A program made the position numbers and the translations under genes. Shown piece after piece: positions 51,501-64,000 of a DNA stretch of 64,000 bases; within the stretch, counting starts at the first letter, position 1; every line of letters starts with the position of its first letter. This DNA is from Lingula anatina (Eukaryota > Animalia > Brachiopoda), in assembly GCA_051362555.1 (NCBI GenBank), contig CM120640.1:67868788-67932787 (forward strand). The letters are read 5' to 3'. Below the pieces are notes generated by a model. That model made no database searches and was not told where the DNA came from. It saw only the letters and a list, made by a program, of their open reading frames with translations.

Positions 51501-54500
51501 TAAAAAAATGCAATTGGCTATATTTGTAATGATGGAAAAAATATTTGGACGATTGAAAATTATATTCGATTTGCAGAAGATTGTATCGATCGATATCGTG
51601 TTGCAACTTTCATGTTTGATCTCTCTGTGAAGGAAATATTTCGAAATGACGTACATATTTGATTGAATTCTTTCTTTTCCGATCGCCTGCCGCTCTCTCA
51701 TGCAGGTGAGGCGTACACCTGCCTGTTACCTGTGCGCGCGAAGACAATGTTTCATAACAGCGTTCTGTTTGGGACACCTGTTCAATCTACGTGTTTGGTG
51801 TAAAGAGGGGGGATTGTTACCGGCCCAGGTAAAGACCCTCACTTCCAACCGAAGCACGAAGTACGCCCGAACAGAACAATACCCTTCATTTAATCCAAAC
51901 ACTCTTCGTCAACAGATGAGGCAACATCAGGAGGAAATGGTTCTTAACGAGGCCGGGATAATCCCGGTAAAGTCAATCAAACATAACGAATTAGAACTAT
52001 TTCCCCGTAGATCTTCCTATCATTTCCCGGTGTAAGACTTCACATATGAGCTAGGAGCCGCGTGAAGGCTGGGCTGAGTGGCTGTTGTTGTGTATGTCCC
52101 ACTCGTGTTTATCTTCTCTCTCACACACATGACTGGTTCACAGGGAAAGACATTCCCCCAACGTCACAGCCAGCCAAGCGTGCGACACCTTTTTTTCCAC
52201 GCCCATAATCTACGATTCTTTCAACCCTTGATTTAAATAATGTTTTGATAAAAAATCAGTTAACCATTAACACCAATAATGATAGTAGTAGGTGGTGGTT
52301 TGAAAGCTTGTTAGAGAAGTAGAAGAAAGACGCCGTTAACAACGTTTAAGTGAGAGGAAGCTAAAGAACCTTGTCACATGTCACAGTCGACTAAGCAGAA
52401 ACGTTCTTCCACCACAAAACTGATTTAAGGAGCACTTCTTTTTTTAATGAATAATCTAACATTGTGGTTGTTGTCGGCTGCGGTCTCCCTCCACTTTGTC
52501 CTCTGTGCGCGAGGTGAACCCGTAGACCCCGACGACTCGGTCGGGAGGGCGCACGACAGAGTAGGGAACTGCAACGCTTCGGGGGAGAATTTACGACTGA
52601 AATTATGTGTGAAACTACGGAACGCGTCCAATGAAATGAAACTGAACAATGAATATTAAAGCGATTTTATCGGCGTCGTGTGTAGCGTTCTTTCTCTCCT
52701 GCCACTGGGAGGCCGCTCTCCGGGAGGGTCTTCAAGAACCCTTCAAGTTGAATACTGCAAAATGAAAAATTATTAGTAGCCTTGAGGAAGTCGGTTTATG
52801 AATTTATTCTCAATCGATTTTCAACTTCACTTGTTAGTATATCAGTGCTTTTTGATGAGTTTGCATCTTTATTTATTTATTTGCATTCTTCGTTGCCTTT
52901 TGTTCATTTTGCGATGAGGATTTTCATATATAAGGGAGCTGACGCACGCCCTTGTTCCCGCCTTTATATTAGGGTGTAAGCTAAGGGCTGTATTATGCAG
53001 GCAAGAATGGATGGAAAGGTAGGGTACCGCGCGGATAATCTTCGTGGATCCTAGACAATCTGCCTATATACAACAATTGAGTTTTGATTGTAGGGAATAT
53101 GGTTTGAAAAAGATAAAACCTCCAAATCCTCTCTTGTGAGAGTTAAGTCCGCGTTAAACCCACTTGAGGACGTGATGAAGAGCCCTTTGAATTAACGAAT
53201 TAACACAAAGTCGCAGGTAACAAGTTTGAAATCCGCGTGAAACAAATGTTGCAAAAGTGCCTCCCGAAGTGTCATAAATCCGATCACCAAATATTCCAGT
53301 CAAAGATAACCCCCTGCGTCGCTGTAAAACCTTCATCAACCTCCCCTTGCTAATTCACTGCCCGAACAAGTTGAGCTCTTGCAGGTAACGGCCATTACGG
53401 GCTTACGCTAATTACATCCTACCGCGAAAATCACCGGTTGCGTTATTAATCAAATTCTTATAACAGTTAAAGTGGGATTTTTCATACTTTTCACAGTTTT
53501 TCTTTTATCTTTCTTATACATCTCCATCTAAATAAACGACTTAATTATTTAAATTGACATGTCAACGGATTTGTGAACTCAGCGCAAATATTTGGCGCTG
53601 GGAATAAGCCCAACATCGTGAAAAAAAAAGAGAGAGACATGGTGTGGAGTAAACATAGCCAGACTACTACAAATGATGTTGTTTTCTTTCCTCTCCAGCT
53701 ATGCTGGGTTGTTTTATGTGGTTTGGGTGATGAACTCGCATCAAAGTTGACGGCCCCCCCTTAAGGCAGTGGCCACGCTGTCCCGACGACACCAGGTTTT
53801 CGTGAAGGCGCAGACGACCGTCCAGCGCTTGCCAGATAGAACGCGTTAATATCGCCCTCACCCTGCTGGCGTGGTGGATCCATTGCCTTCGTGACAGTCG
53901 GAGGTAGTGGCAGATTCACCGCCGCTAGCAGGGTAGCTTAACCTTTTGCATGCTATGAAGCGACAAAGACGTATATTTGCGGATCACCTTTTCTTTGATG
54001 TTGGAGTGTGCAGCTTGTTCGTATCACAGCGGAACTTTCTGCTTTCCTTTTTATGTGCGAAGTTATCGGATCGGTGACTGTTGATAGGCGAGTTTTATGT
54101 CAGCCCCGAGTTAAGTTGTCATTGTTCGATCTAAATGATCTATTTGATCATGATTTGAATAGCCAATAATCATCAATAAGATGACCGATAATGTAATCTC
54201 TGCCGGTGGGCGGGGTGTTTTTTTCCTGTGTACTGAAAACAGCCTCTGGTTCAAAGCCCTATTCTATTTCAGTATATCACTGACAGATAACTTCAGGATC
54301 GTAATTTGCATCCAGGGGTAACTTATGTATTTGCATCATTTATTGTAATGCGTGTTTTAGTAAAGGTGGTGATGAGGCGGCACTAATTGTCCCGTCTGTT
54401 ATGTGAAGACATCTAAGCATGTACTACATCTCTCTAGTGCGTGAAAACACTGTGCTGGAATGCCATTATATAAACTTTGAACTTTAAAGCTGTTGTGTAT

Positions 54501-55094
54501 CGGTTTCATCTCGATCAAATTGGAATATAAAAACAAAGTTTGTGTGTCCTTGAAGAGAAAGGTAAACCAATAATACGTGACTTATATACACTTGAATGGA
54601 TTATCTTCTTTTTTAACGCGCAGCGACTCCAGTGAGCACAAAAATATGATATATGATAAAGTTTATTCTCTTTCCTCAATTCCAAATAATGTTTACTGTT
54701 GATACCGCTAGACATGGTTTGGTCAACAAGCAGACCCCCCAGAGAGAAACTAGCTCGCGCTATCTGTAGCGTGATTGCTTCCCTGCACTCAGACCCCAAA
54801 ACATTTCCCGATATTTTTCTCTCGCTTCTCTCCTTTGCTTAATCTATCTATTTGAAGTGATTTACAAGTGTAATAGACGTAGCGGATGGATTAACGGTCG
54901 ATAGGAGAAGCCCGTGGGGCCAATGTTAACGGTGAAGGTGACATGTCTTCTAGTGCCGACCGCGGTGGGAAATTTGTGTGGAGTAACAAGCCCCGTGAAG
55001 AAGAATTCCTCACTTATCATTATCCAAGGCGATGTGATACCCAAGTGTGAAGTGCTTTTAATTATCAAACGCAAACGCTCAGACATAGAGTTTC

Positions 55095-56931
55095 ATAGTA
55101 CTTTGACTGTTTTATTAAATAAATATATTCTTTGGTTTAATGAACAGTATTTACAACCGTATATACAAGTACAATAAATGAGATCGAAATAAATAGAAGC
55201 TAATGACGAGTTTGTATTATTAATAAAAAAAGTTATTTCCATCAACATTTTTTCTTGCGAAATGTGGAGTTGAAAAAATACACATTACATGTCACTGCAC
55301 ATGCGTATTTGTGCAGTTCCGTCGGTTGGAACAAAGGGAGTCTGGCCTACACGTACATGTACTGTCTAAAACCCTGTCTTGTTTGTTGCCGCACATGTAA
55401 TATTCTACTAATACTTCATTCAGTCAATCTCATCAAAGTGTGCTGAACTAAGCTCACTTATAACAAGCTGGCAGTGAATTCTTTGTCTAAAAAGTGACTG
55501 AAAATTGCGAGCACTTGGTACATACTGATATCGGTACTTTGCACAATCTCTGGGGGTGAAAGTGGGTAGCTTTCCCTTTGCATTGATTAAATGATACATA
55601 CGTCGTGAGGTTCTACAATGAGAGATGCTATTTCATGAAGAGGTCTTTAGCGATAAAGTTCTCAATGTTATTTGTTTTGAAGTAGTCAGACCGTGCCACT
55701 GAACAGGTTGACCGACAGTTTGCTGGGGGTGAGAGAGGGCTGAGAGATATTTTGAAGCCAAAGGTATATCAATATTGCACGTCATAGATCGGAGGCTGAC
55801 AACGCAGGTAGGAGGTTAGGTTATCACAGTACAAGAGTTTTGGTCTGATTTGGTGTGCGGTGGGGGTAAGACAAGGGGTGACCCGAGCAACCCCGACTTG
55901 ATAAGGCTGTAGGGACTGAGATTTGGGATTTGTAGAGTGGGCCACTGTGACGGTAAATTGTGGTTTTTCACAGAGATAATTTGACCCGGGTGATTCCTCC
56001 GGGCATTGGCAAACTAAATGTCTTTGTGTGCTCACAATTTTCGCCTCCTTTCTCTTAGTTTTGTTCCCTTTCTCCTCCATCTGACAACGACTTATCTTAT
56101 ATATCTTAAAACTTAAAATTAACATGACACTGATAACATTGATATTAATATTCATTCTCTAGTTTGCAGAGAGCAGACTTGCTTGCTGCCATGGAAACAC
56201 TGAAAGCACCTAATACTCCTCTAAGGATAACGACCACTACATTCTCTCGTACACAAATGATTACTCTTCACAGAGTTAGAGATTTGTCTTTGGGGTTTAA
56301 ATAAATAAATGCAACAGCGAATAATGGAAATGAATGCACGGAACACAAATGTGTTGTCTGACAAATATCACAATATCTCCAACGGAACACTTATGTAGTT
56401 CTTTAAGGAGTCTGTCTAAGCGTGTGTAGTTGAAGGACCTGAGTCTCTTTGAACAGATCTCTCAGAAGACCAACAGGTCGACGAATTCTGTATTCGTCTT
56501 TACGCCATATTCTCTCTAGTTCTCATGCCACTGGCCGTTAAAGCCCTCTGAAAGCCAGGAACGACTAGGCGACGAGGAAGCACGTTAATCCATTGGACTG
56601 ACCACAGCGTCGTTGGTGACCACGGGGCAGTCAACCAACCCGCGCGCTGTCTTAGTAACTGACGATGTTGTCATGGCGACGTACGTGGTGGTGGTGGTGA
56701 TGCACCGGCGGACACCAAGGTAAGACGATTTGACACCAACTGTTTGCAGATAGCGGGCAAGCAAGGTTCCCCCGTCAAAAGAGGGTACCATAATAGGTGC
56801 CATGAAGGCGCTGCCATTGCTGCTACTGCTTTGATTGCACACTGACCCGGGGCCCGCACCAGCAAGGGCCGGCCGCTCTCAATGCCGGGGATGAAGACAA
56901 GCACCTGGGGGGCATTGCATGGACGGGAAGG
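55095..56931 (-). other. Probable FGF 3'UTR (~1.8 kb)
   Basis: AATAAA on the - strand at 55116-55111; two Pumilio-type TGTAHATA motifs (55155-55148, 55167-55160); ATTTA motifs; miR-92-family 8mer GTGCAATA at 55780-55773. Confidence 0.55.
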
Positions 56932-57294
56932 TCACGTGTTCTCGGGGCGGATCAAGTGCCACAAGAGCGGACTCCTTGGTGTGTTCGCTTTCGCATTTTT
57001 AGACTTTTGGTGTCTGAGTCTTGGTCTCTTTTCTAACTCTGCGATAGGACCATCCATGTTAGGGCTCCATGTATTAAATGTCTTGTCCGTTTTCCTTAGG
57101 GCTACAGTATAGTCCACGTCTTTTGTAAATTTGGCGCACTTTCTTCTTTTCGATCCAGCCTTGTAGCCTTTCATTACCTTCCCTCTTTTATTGAATCCCA
57201 GATACCATTTTTTGTTGGCCACCGACTGAAATTCTGAAAACCCATCTGGCGTCAGGATCTCGGTGAAAACGCATCTGTCGCCGTCATCATTTGA
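56932..57294 (-). CDS. FGF8/17/18: FGF8/17/18 terminal coding exon
   Basis: Acceptor ttcttgcag at 57296-57295; 120 codons plus TGA; basic C-terminal tail. Confidence 0.9.
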   Translation of the reverse strand, partial: SNDDGDRCVFTEILTPDGFSEFQSVANKKWYLGFNKRGKVMKGYKAGSKRRKCAKFTKDVDYTVALRKTDKTFNTWSPNMDGPIAELEKRPRLRHQKSKNAKANTPRSPLLWHLIRPENT

Positions 57295-60200
57295 CTGCAA
57301 GAAATAAAAAAGAAAATTTAGTTTAAATTATTATTACAATGCTGCACTTGGTTCTAGAAATATAATCATCCCTGCAAAACGAGCAGATCAAATTATTGTG
57401 GATCAATAGCCGCCCCATTCAAATTTAATTACACTTAGATGAGGAATTGACACCAAGCAATCGATAGTCTGTAATATTTGATTTCGGCGTAATCATGTAA
57501 GACTTGCAAAGTGTGAGCTGTCCAATATTTCACACGTTTTTATTTTTGACTTTTTCAACAGTATTGGATGGATATACAATGAAAAAAAATCAAAAAAAAT
57601 TCTCAGTTTTAAACCTGTCCCCCATCAAAATAACTGATGATGACTCTGTAACCTCTCCTAAGCTTCAGTCTTTTGGCTGATGAAAGGACAAGGTGTACTA
57701 TTTGCTTCGTGTTTCCCTACAGACGACTTGGCACCTATTTCTGCGTATAACCGGCTCACATTACCCTTAATACTACCTGGTGTAATTTATAATCCTACCC
57801 TACGTCTACGCTCAGTGATGGGGCAATTATCAAAAGTGTCAAGTCGGACACGAAATAACGGAGGTGGTTTGGTTGCACTCGGAAGTCAAAAGCCCCAAGT
57901 CCACCGGCCAAGACCAGGTTGAATAGGCGGTGACACTTCACTGCCAGGTCCTTCATAAATCAAATAGGTCCTTTTTTCACGGACTGGCGGAGGGAAACGG
58001 CTATTCGCCGACTTTTTTTAGGTAAAATAGAAGGTCTGGTCATTCAGGGGCCACCCAGACGTGTTAACCTAGGCCTCAGGAGCAGGTGTGGCAGAAAATG
58101 AGGGGTGGAAAGAGGCGGTTATAAAATATTTGGCGTGCACTAGCGAGGATAATCGACTTCTCTGTACTGATTAACTGACTTGAGTTGTTTGCACAACCTG
58201 CCTATTAGAACTGACAATTTAATTAAAAGGACATTATCCCTAATTGTAATTTAACTACAATTCAATTAAAAGTACATTAAAGGTGCTTCTTAATTGAACT
58301 TGACCGCTAGATCGCGTCTCCACGTGGACATGACCAGACCAACCTCTGGCGCGGGTCGAGGACTTGAAGATCAGACAAAGAAATGGCTACTTTGAATCAG
58401 CTCAAACAAATACTTTCATCTTGTCGCCCTCAAAGGGGAAGTTTGATCAAAAGTGCCACAACAAACAGATAAACATCCAATTAAGCAGCCAAACATAGCC
58501 ATCTCTTACCCCCCAAAGAACATGCGAACCTAGAAGAGGTCTTGTTTTCTATGGTGGCCGCGTCAATCTCTGGCAGGTACTATCTCAAGATACCGCGCTC
58601 GCTGGGATTCAAAATTATTTATTGTTGATGATCAGAATGTTTAATGACAAGACGGCTTACGAAAGTCATTTATCTGTGCAGGTAAATAAGACATGTGTGA
58701 GTTGTTCAGGTCCTCAGCGACTTTTTTATACATTTTTACATGCAGCATATTCCCTCGTGTTAGCCTGATAGAAAAGCAATCCCGACAAGATAAATAAATC
58801 GAATTTGGCATTCGATATGCGTCGGTAGTAGCAGCAAATATGCAATTTGCGTCAACTGCAGCACTTGTCTTTAATACCGTTTAGTGTATTCCGCAACCAG
58901 CGTCAGCAACTTGTTCAGGCGCGGATCACCGCCCCTGTTATTCCGACCCTTTGACGGCAGTCCTTGCTACATTTTCTCTACATTCTTGTTCTTTTTGAAA
59001 GGGCCGATTAAAGTAGCTTTTTTAAGGTAGGGGGCACATCCCGACACGAGACTAGCGGGACCAATGTGGTGATTATTTAGTTGTTTGTATAAACATTATG
59101 TATCTTTTCCTCCATTAAGAAAAAAACTTGAAATTGTGATGTTCAAACATGAGAAGTGACCTGACAGGCGTGAAGCCCACCTCATAGTTTGATTAATATT
59201 CTCTATATTGTCATAGTTTTTCTGCCTTACAGGGAGCTAGGACAATACAAATATGGCGAAGAGGCGCCACAGCGTTTTGACGAGTTGAAGACGTTTACGC
59301 TGCCATCGCAGTATCACATGATGGTGCACGTTCTGTCTAGACGCTTTTGGAGGAAAAAGATACGGGTTCAGATCTAATGACTACCTTTTTCGATATCTGA
59401 AACCCTGCTGTTTATAACGCTATCAGTCACTAAGGTGCAAATTTAGCAATGGTCTCGATAAATTATGCTGAAATTGAGAGGGGAGAGGGAAATGCAGAAA
59501 CCCCTCCTTCCTTCCTGACATATACAGGCTTTACTCTTTTGTTGGACAGATTATTGCAGGTTTCCTGTGAAGTTATATTTCTAATCTATAACAACCCTCA
59601 CTAAACAAACCCAAAGACTTTCATCTCGACTTTTCTTTGATTAACTTTGTTGAAACAGCAAACCCCCTCCCCACACCTTGTTGTGTGCATTCCAAGACAT
59701 GTTGAACTGGCTTTGCCATTACTGTTATAATCAATCAAACACTAATTATCACTGATTATAATTGTCAACAAACTCATTACAGTTGAAGTGTTGGCGATTG
59801 GCTTCCAGAATGCGTGTTAATATTTACTCTCTATTGTAACGGAATTCTTGTTACCGCCGTATTTTAATTACGCTATAGATCCAAGCGTTTGGACGTGACC
59901 TGTCCAAGACTGGGTCTGACGTCACTTAAATTCACTCTATTTTGGCCAGAGGCAAAGCAGTACTATCTAAGGGTCGTTAATATCAGTTTGTCCTATGGCC
60001 TGTAAATCACGAGGAAGGCCTTGTTTTGACAGCTTCTGATATGGGATCCTGTAGATTTACTAGAAGTCATTATAATGGCATTACACCTGATAAAGTTTAT
60101 CATGCGACATTATTAAAGCGTATAAATCGACAAGAAAGAAAAGTTTCGAGTTGCCGCCAGTCGCGTTCAGTGAGAGGCCACCATTCTATGCCTTTTCATT

Positions 60201-61915
60201 TGAACGTCGCTGTCATCACGGTTATATGTATTGAAATGGATTAAATATATACCCATTGTAGATTACAGGTGTGTTACCTTCTCCTTCAGCCGAAATTGCA
60301 TTAGTTATTTTCAACTACTATTTAATCTTGTTCTGTCTACTCTGCGACCTCTGTTGAGTTTCAGCAGGGGACCATGCCTTTCAATTTGTTTCGAAAAGTC
60401 AACATTCTTATTTGTCTTGCCTCTTTTGACGGAGATAAATGCTTTGGATAAAAGTATATATTCCTGTCTTACCTCTGATCAAATTCAGTTCATTGAATGT
60501 CCACAGTCAATTTTATTAAGCCTCTGATATTATCTCGGTGTTTAAAAAGCCATTACTTTTGGTCTCAGTTAAGCAAACAGGATCGTCCGAATTGACGTTT
60601 GACTTGGCACACAGACGAAGTAATTCGATCCGAAAACTATCCTACCTCAAGTCGCAATGATAAAGAAATACGTCGGTAGACCTTTACTTCAACGCTTCTA
60701 CTGTATAGATAGGGAAAACAGGACTAAAGCGCGACCTTGTCAACCCTTCTTGTCCATATGGAAATGCCAGGCTTTGTCAATTTTCTTTAAGAGGTTTTAA
60801 AAAAGATGTAAATAAAATTGGGGGCCAGCAATCTGTGGATATATGTTGACTCAGTGGTATCAAGAGGGATTCAATATTATTACTTGAAAAGATCCGCTGG
60901 ATGGGTGCACGTGTCGCGCGCTAATCTCTCCACTGCTTTCAAAATGAATTTGGTGTTTTCGAAATCCGCGTTATCAACGTGTTAATACATACCCTAAGTG
61001 ATTTCTGCTGTCCTATCTCAACCAAATAATCCTATCTGATCTTACGGTTAAAGTGAAATAATTGCATTGCATTCTTTTTCTAATGAGCGTATAATGGTTT
61101 TAGAATGAGTTTAATTAAAGACCCAACGAGGACAATAAAATATGACAAAGGAAAAGGGATTTACCTACACAGAAGAACCCAGTGATCTTGAACAAGATTT
61201 GATCGCAGATAAGATAGAAAGGAATTTCGTCGAGACCAGAGATTAAAACGTCGATCGGGGAACAATTGTGGGTGTTTTCTTTGTTGACTTCCTCATGTTA
61301 GCTGAATGCGGGTCCGATAACCCAATTCCCGGTAAATTGCTGGGGACGGGGGAGAACAACCATTCGCACCTATGTTGACAAGAGCGCGTGGCGACCACCC
61401 ACGCCGCTCCAATCAGTCTTTTTAATCAGCCAGAAAACAGAGAGACGATTCTGAGTGCACTGGGGGAAATTGGCAAGCACCCACAATTTTTTTTACCTGC
61501 TGCCTCACATATATGCCAACCTGTTTGCTGGGCAAGTATGCACGGCAGGTGAGAACATCGACTCTTGCACAGTTCTATAGAACAGTAAGGTTGTAAGGCA
61601 AACCCAGTCTCGACCTGTAGAGTATGCAGTGAGGGGGCCTTGGTGTCTGTCTGGATATGTGGAAAGCCAGTGGAGGAATGCTTTGAACTCTACCTTTCAT
61701 ATATACACCATCCTTTACTGTATGAAAAACACCCCTGGCTGTATCCACAGCGTATATTGTGCTCTTAAACACTGATGTAAACGTGGGTTTGGTGTGTAGA
61801 GGACTTACCTTGATTATCAACCTGCCCCGCCGGTTGAAACAAAGGGTGTAGCCGGTCATTTTGCTCTTAATTTTAAGCCGTCCGGCGAATGTATGCGTCT
61901 CGACTACTAAGTCAG
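56932..61915 (-). CDS. FGF8/17/18: Fibroblast growth factor, FGF8/17/18 subfamily, 5'-partial (last two coding exons; upstream exons beyond 64000)
   Basis: Exon 61915-61809 (107 nt, DLVVETHTFAGRLKIKSKMTGYTLCFNRRGRLIIK|gtaagt) splices in phase to exon 57294-56932 (SNDDGDRCVFTEILTPDGFSEFQSVANKKWYLGFNKRGKVMKG...). This matches the FGF8-type core (LIVETDTFG...YICMNKKGKLI / DCVFTEI...WYMAF.RKG) and its usual exon split. Confidence 0.9.
61809..61915 (-). CDS. FGF8/17/18: FGF8/17/18 middle core exon
   Basis: Acceptor tttttcag at 61917-61916, donor AAG|gtaagt; 107 nt. Confidence 0.9.
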
Positions 61916-62089
61916 CTGAAAAACAAATCAAATAAAAAAGCTATTTAATAACTCACTTAAGTATAATAAATCACATTGGCAAAGAACATGAAATTCCCAA
62001 AGTTCTGTCTCGACAGACTCAGTTACAGATATCAAATAATATCAGAATCTAATAACCGCTAAGACGAGACGATTCTATGAGGATCTAAG

Positions 62090-62460
62090 AGAAATTGGCA
62101 AGAAAATTGCAGACGATTAGCACTGGGAAATATTGCATCTCAAAAGTAATATCAGACATTCCAAGGCATTCTCCAAAAGTGATATGCCTCAAGAAATGAC
62201 ACTTATTAATTCCAGTGTCTTCGGCCCGTCTACAATGCCCATTCCATGGCCCGTTATACAATTTATAGATACGGAACAAACAGGGAACCGGTGGGATGGA
62301 GCTATGCTAACGTTCTCACTCATATCTTTATACACATAAGTGGTAGAGTCCTAAGGAGCTCACAGCCAGACACTGCTGAGAATGTTTTTCTTTTGATGTT
62401 GGTGACAAATTCTGTTTTATTCTCCAGGGCACCCTTACCCTCTAGTACCCACCTGTAGCG
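62090..62460 (+). pseudogene. Degenerate AP-endonuclease fragment of a non-LTR retrotransposon in an FGF intron
   Basis: Frameshifted motifs NCRRL, HSPKVICL(QE), YTIYR and SV(Y)SP occur in the order expected for LINE APE domains. Confidence 0.45.
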
Positions 62461-64000
62461 ATAATACTGGCCCAAGCACTGGCTTTCATCTTTCACGATT
62501 TACTCGATTTAAAATGCTCACAGGTCAACTGCAAAGTCTTCCAGCCTTGACATTTTTATTTAGTTTTGACATTTATTTCAGTCACTTAAAATTCATATAC
62601 TTTAAACTGGAGACAGTAAAATGATGGGGTCACCGCATCACTAGCAAAGAAAAGGGATGGGACTTTCGTCGAAAATTACATCATAAAACATCACACGAAA
62701 CGTGTCACTCTGCGTAAGAGGGGGGGGGTCAGTTTCACAAATCAAAGGACAGGAAACGCGTTGATTTCTAAATGACCACTTGATTAGTTAATTCTAGGTG
62801 ACAGACTCGAGAACATCTTCTGGTAGAACCTCTCAACACCTGGTTGCACGGGTTGCGGGTTAATGAGAGCAATTTTGAACAATCACCACTAACGAGACAG
62901 AGAACCCGCTAATCCGTGGACAACACGGGGAGGCTAGTCATTTCTATGACTTCTAGCATATTCCCTTACATTTTAAGGGCCACGAGGACCATGTATTTGG
63001 AAATGACACAGAAGTCTTTTCACAGAAAGTCCCCTATTATCCCCTTGTCATTTCTGCAATACTGTATATGGCAATCCCCAACGGATTTGTCCCATTCTGT
63101 TCATGTCGGAAGTTCCGCTGCTGATGACTCGCATTCCATAAAAGAAGGTGCTATTTCTGTTGTCAACCAAGACATCTGTCAAATTGGGCCATGAAGGGAC
63201 TCGACTTATTAATTCTGAGTCCACGTGGAAATTTTTCCGTTGTTCATTATTAAGCTTCCCACCCCCACCAGTGAATGAATCTGCTCAAGGTCTTACTTAG
63301 GTTTGTGCGGTGTGCGAGTCGTTTTCACTTTTTTCTTCAAAAGTGATGATTTATTACTCGTCTCGCCTTAACATACCTTTCGCGGTCCACTAATAGCATC
63401 ATTATGGAAATCTTATAGCTTACTCGACACACAGTGAAGAACCACGTTACTGTCGCAGTGAAATTCAAGCATGTGGGAACCGGCTCTTCCTAAACCGTGA
63501 CACCAGAAGAGCGACGTTGACATATCGTTAAGTGGATGGGCCGATTTTTATTGGTCTCCATTTCACGCGCACGATAAGGAAATGTTCTACATATTTGTTG
63601 TTGATTAGGTACACCGTTCTTTTTTCCCCCATTGTCACAGGGGCCATATGAGTGCTAATCATAGGTAAGAATCTCAGAGGAATGCCCCCTTGCTTTCCAC
63701 TGCTGTGCGCGCAGGTGGCAGTGATAAGACAGCGACCTCCTCAAAACTTCATACTGCAAATTATATACAGATAAATCCCTGATACCGGCGATAAGTCCAG
63801 ACCTATGCCACAACATACTATAGGCCATGTTTTGTAAGAAAAAAACTTCAAGGGCTTGTTCGACTGATGTTTTTGTTCGTGAAAGAAAGAGCGGGTCATG
63901 GAAGTCGATCGTTTCTTGTGTGAACTTAAACACCGAGAACAGTGCTTCTTGAAAGCGGCCTGACTCTTTTACACCCTTTCTCCGTCTGGCGAATTGTGGC

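Overview
AT-rich genomic DNA from an invertebrate animal (repeat types suggest a lophotrochozoan such as a mollusc; taxon not certain). 1-11.2 kb is a transposon-rich zone: an Academ-like remnant, a 3.66-kb non-autonomous Helentron-like element carrying a 146-bp satellite, an internally deleted ZNF862/hAT transposase, a Gypsy gag relic, and a second 3.8-kb Helentron-like element that has a small HINE and a PIF/Harbinger MITE nested inside it. 11.65-27.2 kb (- strand) is a complete 9-coding-exon SIL1 gene (458 aa, signal peptide, C-terminal KDEL) with a compact ERSE/ERSE-II/UPRE-like element upstream. Head-to-head with it, a TCT/5'TOP-type start and a series of stop-riddled exons suggest a spliced non-coding + strand transcript (~28.1-49.8 kb) resembling a snoRNA host gene. 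55-64 kb (- strand) holds the last two coding exons and 3'UTR of an FGF8/17/18 gene (5' part outside the window), whose TGA-C stop is followed by a stem-loop and a long open in-frame extension. CpG density rises sharply at ~49 kb. All calls were made by eye; no searches were run.
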